The notes below the pieces were generated by a model, which searched no databases, was not told the DNA's origin, and saw only the letters and a program-made list of their open reading frames with translations. Positions 50,466-64,000 of a stretch of DNA of 64,000 bases are shown here, piece by piece. The stretch is from Phoronis australis (lineage: Eukaryota; Animalia; Phoronida): assembly GCA_002633005.1 (NCBI GenBank), contig NMRA01000110.1, forward strand, positions 872,731 through 936,730, in the 5' to 3' direction. The translations under genes were made by a program, and so were the position numbers. Each line of letters begins with the position of its first letter. Position 1 is the first letter of the stretch.

Positions 50466-53400
50466 ACTTAACCAAGTGAGGGGCTCGTTCGATCTCCCGA
50501 GTGCCCCCTGGGTGCGCGCGTGAGATATGGTCAACTGTTGTAGTCTTCTTGATTCATACGCATTTTCAAGTAAACTTGGAGTCTCCTCGAACACAAAAAC
50601 ACCATTAGGTCCCAATATAAAAGTTCAGGTGGCCTTGTGTCATTTGCGGTTTAGCAGACGTGCCCAGGTCCCAATAAATCCATTGACTGGAATTTGTATG
50701 TCAGAGTGCATGGTCATTGCACCAATTAGTATATTGAGTAACCACCACTACTAATCGATACACACGGTGTTTCCGGAACAAACCTATACTAAAGGGAAAC
50801 TTAATGTATACGTGGAGGTTTCTGCACATGGATCATTTTTAGAGTCCACTAGGTAAATGGGTGATATCCCAATAATCCAGTTGCAGTCCTTTGTGAAAAT
50901 ATTCGAATACCTCTTGAGCCTCGATCACTCTCTGTTTCCGGTTCTCACGATTTTTCCCATTTCAGTACAACGTGTTTACAAAATTCGCTCGGCAAATTTA
51001 CAACTTTAAACGGTGCGAACCCAACACCTAATCTAATAAATGCTCTTTCCGTTAGATTCTCCCAATTAGAAAGCATGGTGGTGTTTGTCAGTCGAAAGAC
51101 ATCAATAAAATACATGTACAGACAACTCGTATCTCTCAGCCTTGTTTGAGTTTGCCTTACTGTACTTTAGTATTAATTGTTTAATTTTTTCTTCTGGAAA
51201 TTGGGGAGTTGAGTTTCTATTGAATCCTCATTTCATTGGGCTGCAGATGAGTGAGTACTTATAATGCTGCCAGCTGTAGTAGCGGTGCACCACCAAAACA
51301 AAACACAAATGTGTAGTAACACATTCAAATTAACTTTAGTTAAGTTCGAAAGTAGTTCGATCTGCTTTTTTGTGTTATAATCATTATAACTAAAATGATG
51401 CGAAATGAAAATCATTATAAACAGTTTTGTTGTACTTTCATCATCTTTTCGTTTAAACCCGAAGACTGCTTCATTAAAAAGTGCATTTACGACTTTTTCT
51501 AAGATCGTGAGGCATATAGGGTTTTCAAAAGCCGTACTTGCTACAAGGAAAATCCATTATGAGGAAATGTAAACGTTGAGGCAGGGTCTGGGAACCTCGG
51601 ACAGATACTGATTCAGTCGGTTGCATTGCTTGGATCATCAGTTCGCTGCTGATTGGGGAGTTGCTTTACGAAGACCCGTATGTCCAGGCTTACCGGTAAA
51701 CAATGGAGGCCTGTTTCATGAACAACTATTCAGAAAGTTGGTCTTACGTTCCACTCGACTATGTCTGGAAAATAATTACATGTAAATCTCTCTTAATCAA
51801 AAGTACAAGGTCTCTGTGGATATTCCAAAATGTATACTACGTGTAGTTCCTGGAACAATTAGTATCAATTATGACAAGGTAATGTGACTTGTGGACAAGT
51901 ACACGGTTAAACCTTTAGTGGTGATCGTGAATCGGAAGCGCCGGCAATATCAAATTTCTGTCTTAAGTCGATCTTAAGTTATGTTGCATGAAACATACAA
52001 GAGAGCTGAGAATCATTGCTCACGATCCTTGTTAAATGACGACTATTTCTCATGGGTTGTATTTTTATTACATGACGTGGCACTGAGGGCTATTGAAAAG
52101 TCAAGGTCAAAAACAACATAAATTTTGGTGTAACGTCATGCCAATACATATTGACCAGTTTGTCTCACGTCATAAAGAGATTCATAGAAAAACTTTACAA
52201 CGAGATACATGTAAGTCATTACAAGAAGATAATCAACGATTTTTGTCCCAATGCTCCGTTGTTTTTTACTGATTCACTGCATTCTAATCTTGAGGGCGCA
52301 TTTTTAGCGCAAGCAAGGACGCAGTTTCTTTCGTGTGAACAACGCTTTCTTCTCCTGAACAATCGCTGGCGCTCACGACAGGTAGAAATTTCAGACGAGG
52401 ACGAAGAAAGATCTTGCACATTTTCGCCGGATTTATCGTTATCGGAGGAAGGTTGTGCAAAACAAGGGACTGGTAGCGATGAAAGTAGAATGACGTAATA
52501 GTAGACTTAAAAGCGAAATTGAACCCGTGATTTCTGTTGAAAAATAAATTTTGATTTGTGGCTTTTGTCGTTTTAGAATCGGTCTTGTCTTGTTTCTCGC
52601 TCAGTTTAGAAGTAATATCTGGATGTATCCCATAATTACAGATAATGGTCGGACGAAATAACGAGCTTCGACCTCTTCCCAAATCCGGTAATCACGTATA
52701 TTTGGAAAAATCTTTGACCAATTTCATAACGGTGTTTTAAATCAAAACTGGCGTTGTTTACAGAAAGCATGGGTGTAATGCCCCTTTAAAGAACAACATC
52801 AACATAGAGAAAAAGGTTAAATTAATTTCATTATTAACAGAATTGTTCACCAGGTGTTTTCGCATAGGTCAAAGCACATGCAATTCAATGACAAAAGCCA
52901 AGAGCATTAAAGGCACGAACTACATGTAGCCCTCTGCCCACCCTGTGCAGAGAAGAGTTTCAACCTGCTAGTGCTGTTGATGGGACAGTAAACATAATGA
53001 TTACTAGTTGTTGCTAAACTGTAACGCATTGTCTGAGATCTCAACTGCACATTTAATAAAATCTGGTAAACGACTAACTGGGGCTCATGAACCAATTTTG
53101 AGGTATGGGAGTTTTATTGACGAGAATTGAAATTGCGGTGATTAGAAGGAGCCATGAGTCTGGGGAGGTGTGTAGGGATGTCAGTCATTTTGGACCTTCC
53201 CATACAATCAACAGCTTCAGTGCTGACATGGAATCGAGATCCCAAAGCTATACATGCTTTAAACTTTGATAAAAAATTAACCAATCACGTTTCACATTAG
53301 GAGTAGCGTTTTGGATTTCACGTGAACTGAAGTTATTGGTTCATTTTCGAGATGAGAGCAGAGTAACGTCTCGTGCTTACTGTCCGTAGGAACATCATCA

Positions 53401-54733
53401 TAAACCCCGGCGTTAGCGCATATGTAGTAATTGCATGGCTTAAAATTCACAAGACGAGCAATTCTGACGGTCCTGGGCTATTTAGAAATTCAGCCCCGTT
53501 TCATCGAACGGAGGAACATGTGCCTAACGCAAATAACTGTCTTTGTGTTCAGTGGTCCAGCATGGGCTGTCTAGGCGCGCCTGTCATTCCTCAATGACGT
53601 CACAAACTACCATTCTCTTGCCACTAAAAAGACATGCATATAGACAAGGAACGCTGTTCTCTAAATAACATAATTACTTGTGAAGAATTAAGTATCGTAG
53701 AAATATGAATTTTTTCCGTAAGATGAACAGTATAGGACGAAGGCTTGTGTGGTCAGGTGAGTTTTATCGCACCTCCTAAATTGGTGCTGCGATATCAGCT
53801 GGCGTTGTATTGTGTAGGGTTGATTGCAACCGACTTCAGTGCACAGTTAATAGGGTGCGTCTCGTATACGAGTACATGTACATGTATGTATACTCAAAAG
53901 GTGGCGCTACAATCCCTGCTGCAGTAGATATCCGTTGAGGAGATTCGCATTCCAATTTTTTTGACACAAGAGGATCACAAACCTCAGTCACAGTCATCCA
54001 TTGACGGAAGACATTTTGCATAAATCACCTTCTTGATCATGAACTTCATATAGTCGTATCGGACATGGGGGAGATAATCCTTGGAGTCCTCATAGTCCAC
54101 TTCTAGTTGAGATAGGAGTTTCCGTAGTGGGATGGCCTGAGCGCGATATCGTTTCTTTTCGGCGAAGAGCGCGTAAGCCCTTTGTGATTCTTGCCCTGAT
54201 AAGTATCCACCTGTGAAAAATAATGAGGAAGAGGTTCAGTTTCCTTTGCCAGCCGGAGAAAAGTGCTTCGAAAATGAAGTGCTGGACAATGCAAACCAAA
54301 CGTCTGGTTTGTGCCATGGTTTAGTTCGTATGCCCCAGCAACTTCAAACCCGAAACGAACAATTTCTTGGACACAAGCGTGCCTTCTGTCAATGCAGCTT
54401 TTTTTAAATCCCATCCTGTTATAAAAGTCTTCTCAAAAATGTGCTTACACAGATAAGAACATATTACAAGTGCTGGGAAAATTAACAGCTTGGCATTGTT
54501 ACTACAGGCTCACAAGGTAGCTCTTATGACGTCACAAAATTTTTTATGCGCCAAAACAACAGCGCTGGCACAACATTTGGCTTTGTTAGGCGGGTGGAGT
54601 CAACCTGAGCCATGACTGACTTAAACAATGACAAATTAACGGTTCTCAGGCAAGCTACGAAATCATATGGCATCATGATAACATGACACCAACTGCACCC
54701 CTGTTTGTGGTTCAATTAAAAGATTGTTTAAGT

Positions 54734-55601
54734 AGTGGTGTTACCATCAACGAAAACTTGTTATGGAGTCCACACATAAACAATTTGTTGAGAAAGATAA
54801 GCAGATTCTGTGGTGTTCTTAATAACATAAAACATTTCTTGCCCTTTGAAACTTTGAAAACTATATATAATGGCCTTGTCCTTCCTCATTTTAATTATGG
54901 CATTCTGCTATGGGGGTGTGAACATCACAGAATATTTAAATTACAGAAAAAGGTTATTCGCAATATTACCTCTAGTCATTTTAATGCCCATACAGATCCT
55001 TTATTTAAGACTACACAGTTACTCAAAATAAAGGACTTGTATGTTGTTGCTATTATTAAATTTTTCTACAAATATGTTCATAATTACTTACCTTTATTTT
55101 TTAACACGTTCAATTTAATTACTCGTGGGTCTGTTCATGAACATTACACTAGGCAACGACATCTTTTACATACTCCCCGTTGTACTAAATCATTTGTTGA
55201 AGATTCAGTTCGAAATGCCCTACCTCATATCATTAATAACCTTCCTGAAAGTGTCTACCAAAAACTTTTTACCCATTCGTTATCCTCTGTTATAAATTAT
55301 TTTAAGAATGTTTGTTTTGAAAATTATGAACTTGAGTGCACTATTCCCAACTGCTTTGTATGTAACTATTTTCGATAATCTCTCCTAGTCTTTACACAAG
55401 TAGTTTTAAAGTACATCATCACCTAATTTTTATAGTTCTGCTTATCTGTAACGCTGTATTTTTTCTTTCTTATTCTCTGGTGGCTCCGTGGTCAGCGGAC
55501 CTTTCTGGTCCTTCACGGAGTCTCCATAAGCGTAAATTTGTATCAACTGTATTTTTTGGTTTTTGACTTAAAGTGAATAAAGTGTATTACTACTACTACT
55601 A
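54734..55601 (+). mobile_element. 5'-truncated LINE (CR1/L2 group): RT C-terminal region, 3' UTR and (TAC)n tail
   Basis: GVTINENLLWSPHIN...LKTIYNGLVLPHFNYGILLWG...LQKKVIR...AHTDPLFK...HEHYTR...CTIPNCFVC, then aataaa and tactactactact. Confidence 0.88.
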
Positions 55602-58600
55602 GCACGGAGAAGGCATATTCGTTTACGCACTAGGCGACAATTTTCAACGTACATGTAGACACTGCATTCAAGTACAGACTTTTAGCAGTCAACGCAGTCG
55701 TGGGAGTCGGTGCGGCAATCCGGAACACCTCGGGTAATTTCGTAACCTCAAATTTTACCTCGTTGTTTTTTTTAATTGCGTTATTCCAAACTTCATTCAT
55801 AACAACCATTCTTGATTTTGAAAATCCCGTGACCAGCCGTAGCCCGTTGTGACTGGTATTGCTACACAAATAAATGCAAAACACCACCCCGGATAAATTA
55901 GAGGCAGCCTCGTCCCCAAGCCTCAAGGTGGCGCTGACCGGTTTTAGCCATGTGTGGCCAGTGTATGGGAATTACCTTCTGCGCGATGATTAGCCGCTGC
56001 TATGACGTCATTAAGGCAAAGGCAGATTTTAATTCTTTGCGCAGGCGTTGTTGTTGCCATTCATGAAGCAGAAGACATTTTTGGCTACTCTTTTCAATTC
56101 TTTTTATTAATATTATCATAAAAAATAATCTGTTTTCGAAACAAAAAAATCATTTTGCAATAATTTGAACATAAACTGCAACAATACCGTAAGCTTTCAC
56201 TTTTTATAATATACTATAGAAAATTCGATGTTTATATAACTTTATATTACTCGTGAAGTTCCGGCGATTTCTTTAAAAATATATCACAAGTGTGACACAT
56301 TTCATTTCGGATAACCAAGCCTGAAATGGCAAGACCGATCAGCGCCAGCTTGAGGCTTGGAGACGAGGCTGACTTGGAGAGTGCAAAAATACAGAGACGT
56401 TTCGTGTCAACGAATCTGGGGGTGGCATGGACCCATTGCGCAACGTGATGCACTGAACGACGCGCAAATTCGTTTCCCAATCAATACGTTTGACCAGAAG
56501 ACGCCAAATTGCTTCACTCGACAGGTAAACAGTCATAAACGAAACAGTGTTAATTTATTTACAACTGCAAACCCAAGTGAAGGTATTCGTTAACCTTGTA
56601 ACCGCGAGGACACACGAGACGTCGTAGGCCTTAGTTCGGAGTCACATGACTGGGTGGCAGAAAACTTCCACGTGAATTTATTATTATAGATATAGGTACT
56701 CAGTCTTGTCTTTGAAAAGTGGGCGTGAAACACGATACGTGGTTCGGGTTAAAGGTGACCGAGAATTTGTGGAAAACCTTGGAGAGTGACGTCTTCGCAA
56801 GCCAGGAGTGCGTTCAGAAGTGGGAAGACATTACCTTGCACTTGCTGCCAAAAACAGCAAAAGTGACTGCGATCCCACAATTCAACACGCCTACCCCACC
56901 GACTAAACCCTCTTCAACGGCTTCCATTTTGTTAGGTCAGGCAAATAAGCTCCCAAGCCGTTCGCAAAACATTCGTGTGATTTTCGAGGGTCTTGTGAGA
57001 TCGTGGTTCATGCAAAAAGTGAGATACGATATACTATACCCAGATTACTGTCGGTCCTCCTTTGATTTCTACAAGGACACTTTGGAAGGGAAGTGTCAGA
57101 CATATGTTTGTCACCTAACTTAATTACTTTTTTACATGTACTTCGCTTGAACTTGTCTCGTCGAATATTCATATTTGGCTTGGTCCTTAGGAAAGGGAGG
57201 AAATAAAGTGACATCACTGCATATATTTATTAAAAGTCTAAGTCCATTCAAAGGTTGTAAGCACCAATTCGTATTTTCACTTTATATTTAAGCATTACTC
57301 TCCCTATACACATACATGTACATTTTCATGTAAATGGCTTAGGGTCTACTCATCGAATTGTGGTTATCATCGAGAGACACAATCAATATGCGGAAAAACG
57401 CACTGTCTGAAGCTGAATAAGCGTTGTTGTACGTCACTGTCAACAGCGCTTACAAAGTGTTTCGAGTGTTATTTGTAGCAAACAAGAACCATAAATCTCA
57501 CAAAAAACTGAAAATGCAGCGGCTCTCAATCTAGTCAGAATCTTCATCGACACGGCGTATTCAGATTATTGTGTAAACTCACACTGCTGTGAGGTCAATT
57601 ACCGACTCTCAAATTGGATCGGCCCTTCTTTTCGTGCAACCAAAGATAAATTTGAATTGGTGCTGCGCACTTCATGCTGCTCTTACTACTAGGGGGCGCT
57701 CACAGCATGTCTCTAATTATGTGTAAACATTGTCGCCGATAACAATTTGCATCGTGTGTGCCGGTTCACGACAAAAATTGAGCCGTGTGTACATGTACTG
57801 GTATAACGGCACGACGGATTGTGCAGTTAACTGAGCGGACTGAATTTAACTTTGGGGTGGGGGGCGGAAACTGCCCTATATCATTGGCTTATGGAATATC
57901 TTAACCACCCTAAAAGTCACGCAACTAATCGTTTGAAATCGCCTCCGACTGCCCGATTAGTAGAGGATGGATAATTCAATAGAACAAGTTTGGGTTTATT
58001 GAATTAACATCGGGAAAAATATTAGATCAGTTGCCAAAGCCACATGAAAAATTAAACATAAATGACCTCTATTTGCCATGTGGCTCGTGGACCTCATAGA
58101 TCGATCAACCAACCTAACTAAAGCCGTTGAAACATAAAACTGACATCCTACCAGACAACAATTTTTAAAAGGATTATCCCAATCATTAATTTAATTAGAA
58201 GTGACTTTTACTAACTCAATATGTAAATTTCACATTTTGCCGAAGGTGTTACTGTTTCGGCGGCCCCAACGGAAAAGGTCATTTGGTGACCCCAATTGTA
58301 GGCAAATTTGTGATAGGCAATGACCAACATGCAAAACATGAAATTTAAGAAACAATCAACGATAAATTAAAACTGTGTCTAACCTCCTTAAGCGTATTTA
58401 ACTCGTTACCGCATGGGCGGCGCACCATTGGGGGCTGGGGGGCTATAGCCCCACTTTTTTAGTGCTGCACCACCCATGTACCTTCCTTGACTTAAGCGAA
58501 TGTTTTAAAGACTACTGCAAGGCTTTAACCCCACAAAATGTGTTGTTTTACAGCACTGCTCAAAGCTAATAATTTCACAAAATCTATACCATCCAGCAGT

Positions 58601-58855
58601 ATTCCCAAAAACTGCGATATTGTCCCTTTACGAAAGGTGGACGGATGCCGTTCTGCTAGCAACTCACTCCTCTCGTAAACATAGAACTGAGATGCGTGCG
58701 CGGTATACATGTACGAGCAGATTATTCGACTTGCCTGGATCTGTTTTTAGTTACGACTACAAGTACACACAGTGTCGCAGTTTCAAAATACTATGGTCGA
58801 CAGGTTTGTTTTTCTTCCCAACTTGGAAGCAAACTCAGCACAAATATTCACTTAT

Positions 58856-59254
58856 TTACTTACTTTTAAAATAATTTTCTTTCCGTTTTCCCGCCTTCGC
58901 CACTAGTGCTAAACTTGCCGTCTGCTCTTCAAGTACAGGCTTTGACCGCACAATGGCTTCCTGAAGCATACCCTTCAGTTGCCCGTATTTCAACAGAGCG
59001 TTAGTGTCTCTTGCCGCTTCAAATCTGTGTTTGAGTTCAATAATTATCCTCAGCATTTGATCACAGTAGTCTCGTAATTCCTCGCATTCTTTCACTAGTT
59101 GTTCGTCTAATTTATCACCGGTGGCCGCGTTCGTACCATCCCGCCTGGCGAACGACGGAAGTTCGTGCAGGTTTCGACCCTGCCCGTCAACGAAGACCCA
59201 CTCTTCATTCTCGTCCCCACTATCTTTGCTTTTTCTCCGTTCTGTCATTTTCAT
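58856..59254 (-). CDS. Probable host coding exon, small helical/coiled-coil protein of unknown function
   Basis: Acceptor tttttccag at 59272, ATG at 59254, and ~130 codons of charged helical sequence. Either a donor GTAAGT follows 58864 or the stop is at 58856. CCAAT, GGAAG and CRE-like motifs lie upstream at 59.45-59.76 kb. Confidence 0.5.
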   Translation of the reverse strand: MKMTERRKSKDSGDENEEWVFVDGQGRNLHELPSFARRDGTNAATGDKLDEQLVKECEELRDYCDQMLRIIIELKHRFEAARDTNALLKYGQLKGMLQEAIVRSKPVLEEQTASLALVAKAGKRKENYFKSK

Positions 59255-62200
59255 GATAGCCTTGAATCTCTCTGGAAAAAAGTCGAAATTAATAAAGAAG
59301 TCCATGTCGTATAAGTAAAACTCCAAATTATGAACGCTACATACACATGTACCCAACTTCGTGATTTTTGTTAAACGCGATGATTGCTATTTCATGAATT
59401 GCCGTTAAAATAACCGAAAATAACATCTTTCTGTAGAGATAGCGGCGGTTTTATAGCTCACTTTAATGAGCGATTGCTTTTTGTGAGTCATCTCATACAG
59501 CTGATCACTGTGAGACCAATTACTGGCGTTTATTGGCTTGGTACCTTACGACAGGAAGTTAAGAGATTTTCAGCAAAATGACGCGTTTCACTGACAGTGA
59601 CGCTTGCAATCAGGCAGAACGTGACACAGGTTTTTGATTGACCACGAGAGTCGAACGGGCTGACACGGAAGCCGCATACATTCAGCAGCGCCGAAAACGA
59701 CCAATCAGATGACCGTCTGTGCGAACGAAATGCGGATTTACGTCATTGATTAACATGTACATCTACTAATTATAAGTAAATTCAATATACCTCAACGTCA
59801 TGTGACGCGAGTTTCACGGCCAAGTTGAAGGTTCAGTAGCGTTGTGTTCTGCCGGTCGACGCGTCCCACCCCATGAACCCACAGTGCAAACCATAGGACC
59901 AAACCGGCACGTGAGCGACACACTTAATTACTTTAATATGGGTCTCAGAACTGTTAATACAAGCACGGGTACATAGCTACCTACTGTATGCATACAACTA
60001 GCAGCAGAGATCTAACGGGCAGCTTGATGCATTGGACAACTGAAAGGGTATAGGTGGACTTGGTTCACCCACTCACCAAACGTGCTCTGACCCAAAACAC
60101 GAATGTCCGAATGCCAAGGGCGTTCGACGCACGGATTTCACAAAACACAAGTAGCGCACCAACTTTTTACTAACATTTAGTTAATTTACAAAAGTCAGCG
60201 TGAAACAATATGTAAACACGGATTAGCTATCATAACGTATTGCAAGCACACCAAGGATTTTCATTCATGTAGTCATCACCGTAATGACAAATGAAATTGG
60301 TACACATGAAGGATCAGTTTGAAAAAGATAAATTTGGAACGCCAGACAAAGTATATCAGGCTTTGCTTATAGTGCCAGCAAGCAGCACTAAAGTTTATTT
60401 TGTCTTTTTCAAGTTATTCTCATTTGTATGTTTTTGATGAAGCCATTTTCAGCTCCCCAACTTCAATGACACTCGTAATTTGAGAAAAGGACATAAACAA
60501 TTCTCTGACTGGCGTGACGTCATTAAAGACCAGCTACTAAATATGAACAGATTGTTTTTAACGTGCATTTATAAGTGATAAATTAATAGCCGACTGTCAA
60601 CCAGAAAAACACCGAGTTCAAATCACCGTAAACAGTTTCCCTTGAAACCGATAAAAAGTGATGAATCAAAAACTAATTTCGTTTCAATGAATGAGGACAT
60701 TCTACACGTTGATGACTGAGCAATGATAGTACAGTGAGTCACGTGACAGGAAAACAGTTTAAACAAAATGATGTAAACACGATTGTCATTATAACAAAAA
60801 GGAAATTACTTGTTGATCGTTTCTTGGATTTTACAATCTAAATGGAGATTTGGTTGATGAGCTATTACTTAAATTATAATGAAGCGGAAAATATATTTCG
60901 TGAAAATTCTCGCGGCTCTTTATTAATAGCTACATGTACAGGACTGATTAAAAATACAGACTATATAAAAACACAACGGTAATGAGTAAGAGGATGCAGT
61001 CCATTGTTTTGAGAGGCCTGACTTGCAATACTGCTTCCAGTGTACAGTACTATCTACAAGTTGAGATTGTACCTGGCAATTCAGAACAGACACAACGGCC
61101 TGTAAAAACTCAAGCAGCCAGGTTTGCCTGTGAACACGGGGTATCCGATTATACAATGTACTTCGACATGACGCTCTGATGGGAAATAGCGGTACGGTAG
61201 ACACCTATTAGACAACCAGTACTACATGTATAAAACGCTACTATCCTGATAGACAGGTACATGTATATGTATAGTAGAACAATTAAGTCACACGTATGAT
61301 AAGATTCCTTTGCCATGAGTCGTACTCCTCAAGATATCGCATATTTGAACAATACAATAGTTGAATTACTATACAGAGCGCACTGAATTGCAAAACAGAG
61401 ATGTTTGTAATGTGTTCAAGGTACTGTAGGACATTATAGACAAGTCTGCGTATTTAGGAAAAACATCGCCAAAACGCTTAATTTTAACTCAGCAGAATTC
61501 GTGGAGTTGAAAGCCCGTTAAATTTGGTTTTGACCTTTTACCGATCTACCATTGGCTTACGCGAACAAAATACACATTTTTATAAATTTTATCGAAAAAT
61601 AAAAGTACGTTCATAGGAAAGCAAGGGTATCAATCCATGGGCAAATTTTATTTGGTAAAATGTTCAAATGTCAAAAAATGATGGTTCAGTTTTATAAATA
61701 ATAGTATCGTTTTCGTTTGAGTCGAATTTTGATGTCTTCAGTGGATGCCGTACACCATGTGTTAGGACGTGATACGGAGTCTTCCGCTAGTAGTCAACTG
61801 ACGTAAGCGGAAAGAGCATTGTATGTTATAACTCCAGCAGTGTACATGTACTTATGCAGCACTGTTGTCGTACTTAAGACGGCCAAAGGGGGCAATTTCA
61901 AGTCACTACTCAAATTAAATGTCAGGGTTCATTTTAGAAAAAGCGGGCATGGGTCAATTGACCAACGAGGCCTCAAATTTAGAGAATATGTGATTCACGT
62001 TAACCTTTCTCTCAATTTTTAATTTGATTTTTTTAGGAGTAGATTCTTTCTAGCGTGATTTCGTCCGTTTTCTCAGTGTTGTGTTACCGATGATTGGCAC
62101 TGAGCGTGTTGCTTTCGTTGGTCCCGTGTTCTACACTCCTACATTTAACTCTACATGCATACGTTTTGAACGTATTATTGAACTCCACCATTGATTCAAC

Positions 62201-64000
62201 ATGTTCTTGTAATGTTATTCACAAAAGTTAGCATCCACAAAAGCCCAGTCATATCGCAGTGCCATTCTTGTCAAGATCCACCCCCGGAGTAGTTTTTATC
62301 CCATAGAAGAGGTTTTAAGGAACCGTGGCGCTCAGAAGTGTGCTTTTTCGACAAAGTTCTCCGCAAAATGGTTTCTCTTTGGAAATGCAGAGCTCTACAA
62401 AAGATTCCTTTCTCCAACTATACAGATCTGTTGAAGCGTTTTCCATTTATTTTAATAATATTTTTTTTGCAATTTTGACAACACAGCGTCTTTTATATTG
62501 TTTCAGACTTAATGAAATAAAAGCCATCCACTGTCCAACAAACCTCATGAAATGGTTGGGTTTTTGGAATTGCCTAAAAAGTGTGGTTCAATTTTTTAAG
62601 TAAGCTCTCTTTTAATGTTTCATATTTTTCGACTACACCCTTTAAGTGGGATTCTGATTTTCCACATACATGTGCACTTCCGATAAAATTAATCCGAGTA
62701 CCCCGGGGATTGTTTCACATTGTCGTAGTAATTTCAGATTTGAAAAGTACACGTAGCCCCATTCCCTCTGTACATGTTTTGCTGAGCGCGTTTCCGACTG
62801 GACAGTGCGAGAAGAGATATAATTTCACAACGTCATAACTTCACTGAAATGTAATATGGGAAGAGGAAGCCTGGTGTCAATGAGACGTCACCGACATATA
62901 TGATGACCACTGAGCGTTCTTCCCGGATGAGAGAGTGTTTTTTAATTAACCTCGTCCGACAGCGGATCCAGGGGGTGCTTGAGTGGTGTTAGGTCTAAGT
63001 CGATAGTTTTCTGCCGACTGAAAGGTCTGCGTGGAGAAGCATATGCACAGAAAACATGACAATACGAAAATGAGACGCTACTAAGACCTCAAAATGTCTG
63101 TTGATTGCGCAGGGCCAGCTGATTTTTTTTGTCATTTTCCCAAGCGTATGGCGAAGTGCGTTACTGCCAAATTTGCATCAATGTTATGGCAATTATCTAA
63201 AAGACGGTCCCCGAAACTGCCAACCCGATTATCCTCATACCTCTGAGTGATCCAGTTCGTCGATGCAGTGCCTGTTCAGGAGAAACGCTGTTAATCTCTG
63301 CTGTCGAACACCTTCAACATCGACCACTTATTTGTACGCAGCGCAAGCACTGAAGACGACCAATCAATTGTTCTTTAACCGTAGAAGAATTCGTCACCCT
63401 TCCCTGCGTTTCGGAAGTTGTACGAACAATAGGCGCGCTCACTTTACAGCATAACGACATCCAGTCAACTATACCCGTCATGTTACCCGGTGAGGCAGAA
63501 ATTTATGGGAAAAGATCGATAGATTGTGTTCATTGCTTGAACTTTGTTGTCTTATGGGTATTGACGGTTCCATTAAATATTGATGTTACCGTGACCCAGA
63601 CAGCCAAGCACGTGACACTTACAAATCGTTAGATCATTTTTATTCTGCTATGTGCTGTAAGGTCGCACAGTGACCATCGATCGTCGACGAACATGTACAC
63701 CTAGCTGTAATAAAACTGCAGCCCTCCGAATTCTAAAAGCCCGTAATGACAGAATTTGAAAACTTACCGTGTACATGTGATACGCCAACTTTAGGCCGAT
63801 GCGTTCAAATCCAAAATAATGCATCAACCCTAGACAATATTCAAACGTGGTTCATATACATACCTATACACGCATGCGCCTTAGCTTCACTTGCACGTGC
63901 AGGTGTAAACTCATAAAGTTGTATTTCGCCCTGTGTAGTTGGCTAAAAACCATGCGCGCACCCAGGTGGGAGGAGGGGGGGAGGGCTCGGGGGGCTCCGA

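Noticed and set aside
49927-52682. Several 100-130 aa ORFs
   Set aside because: No motifs. Probably chance ORFs or decayed TE sequence.
53930-54420. Possible Harbinger transposase remnant on the minus strand
   Set aside because: Only vague echoes (LLSQLEVDYED, TEVCDPL), too weak to call.
56719-57123. 134-aa ORF
   Set aside because: No recognisable motif, no ATG start and no clear splice signals.

Overview
AT-rich, repeat-dense eukaryotic (invertebrate-like) genomic DNA with one assembly gap (34483-34633). Main content: (1) a decayed ~10 kb env-carrying Ty3/Gypsy LTR retrotransposon on the minus strand (3745-13783), with gag, PR, RT, RNase H, IN, a baculovirus-F/errantivirus-like env and an extra unknown ORF after env. 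It has a -1 frameshift signal at the gag-pol junction and a LINE fragment inserted at gag codon 5. (2) Two tandem, spliced paralogous genes on the plus strand (14240-30219 and 35926-49408) encoding a secreted precursor: signal peptide, acidic pro-region, KR, then three WxxW/CysD-like domains. Copy A appears to lack exon 3, and the last exons look homogenised. (3) An intact, intronless ubiquitin-specific protease (C19) ORF inside an intron of copy A, fused behind what looks like the C-terminal tail of a restriction-like-endonuclease (RLE) non-LTR retrotransposon protein. (4) Many TE relics (Helitron, Polinton protease, CR1/L2 LINEs, MITEs) and simple repeats, plus one probable host exon near 59 kb. 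All calls were made by eye and none was checked by database search.
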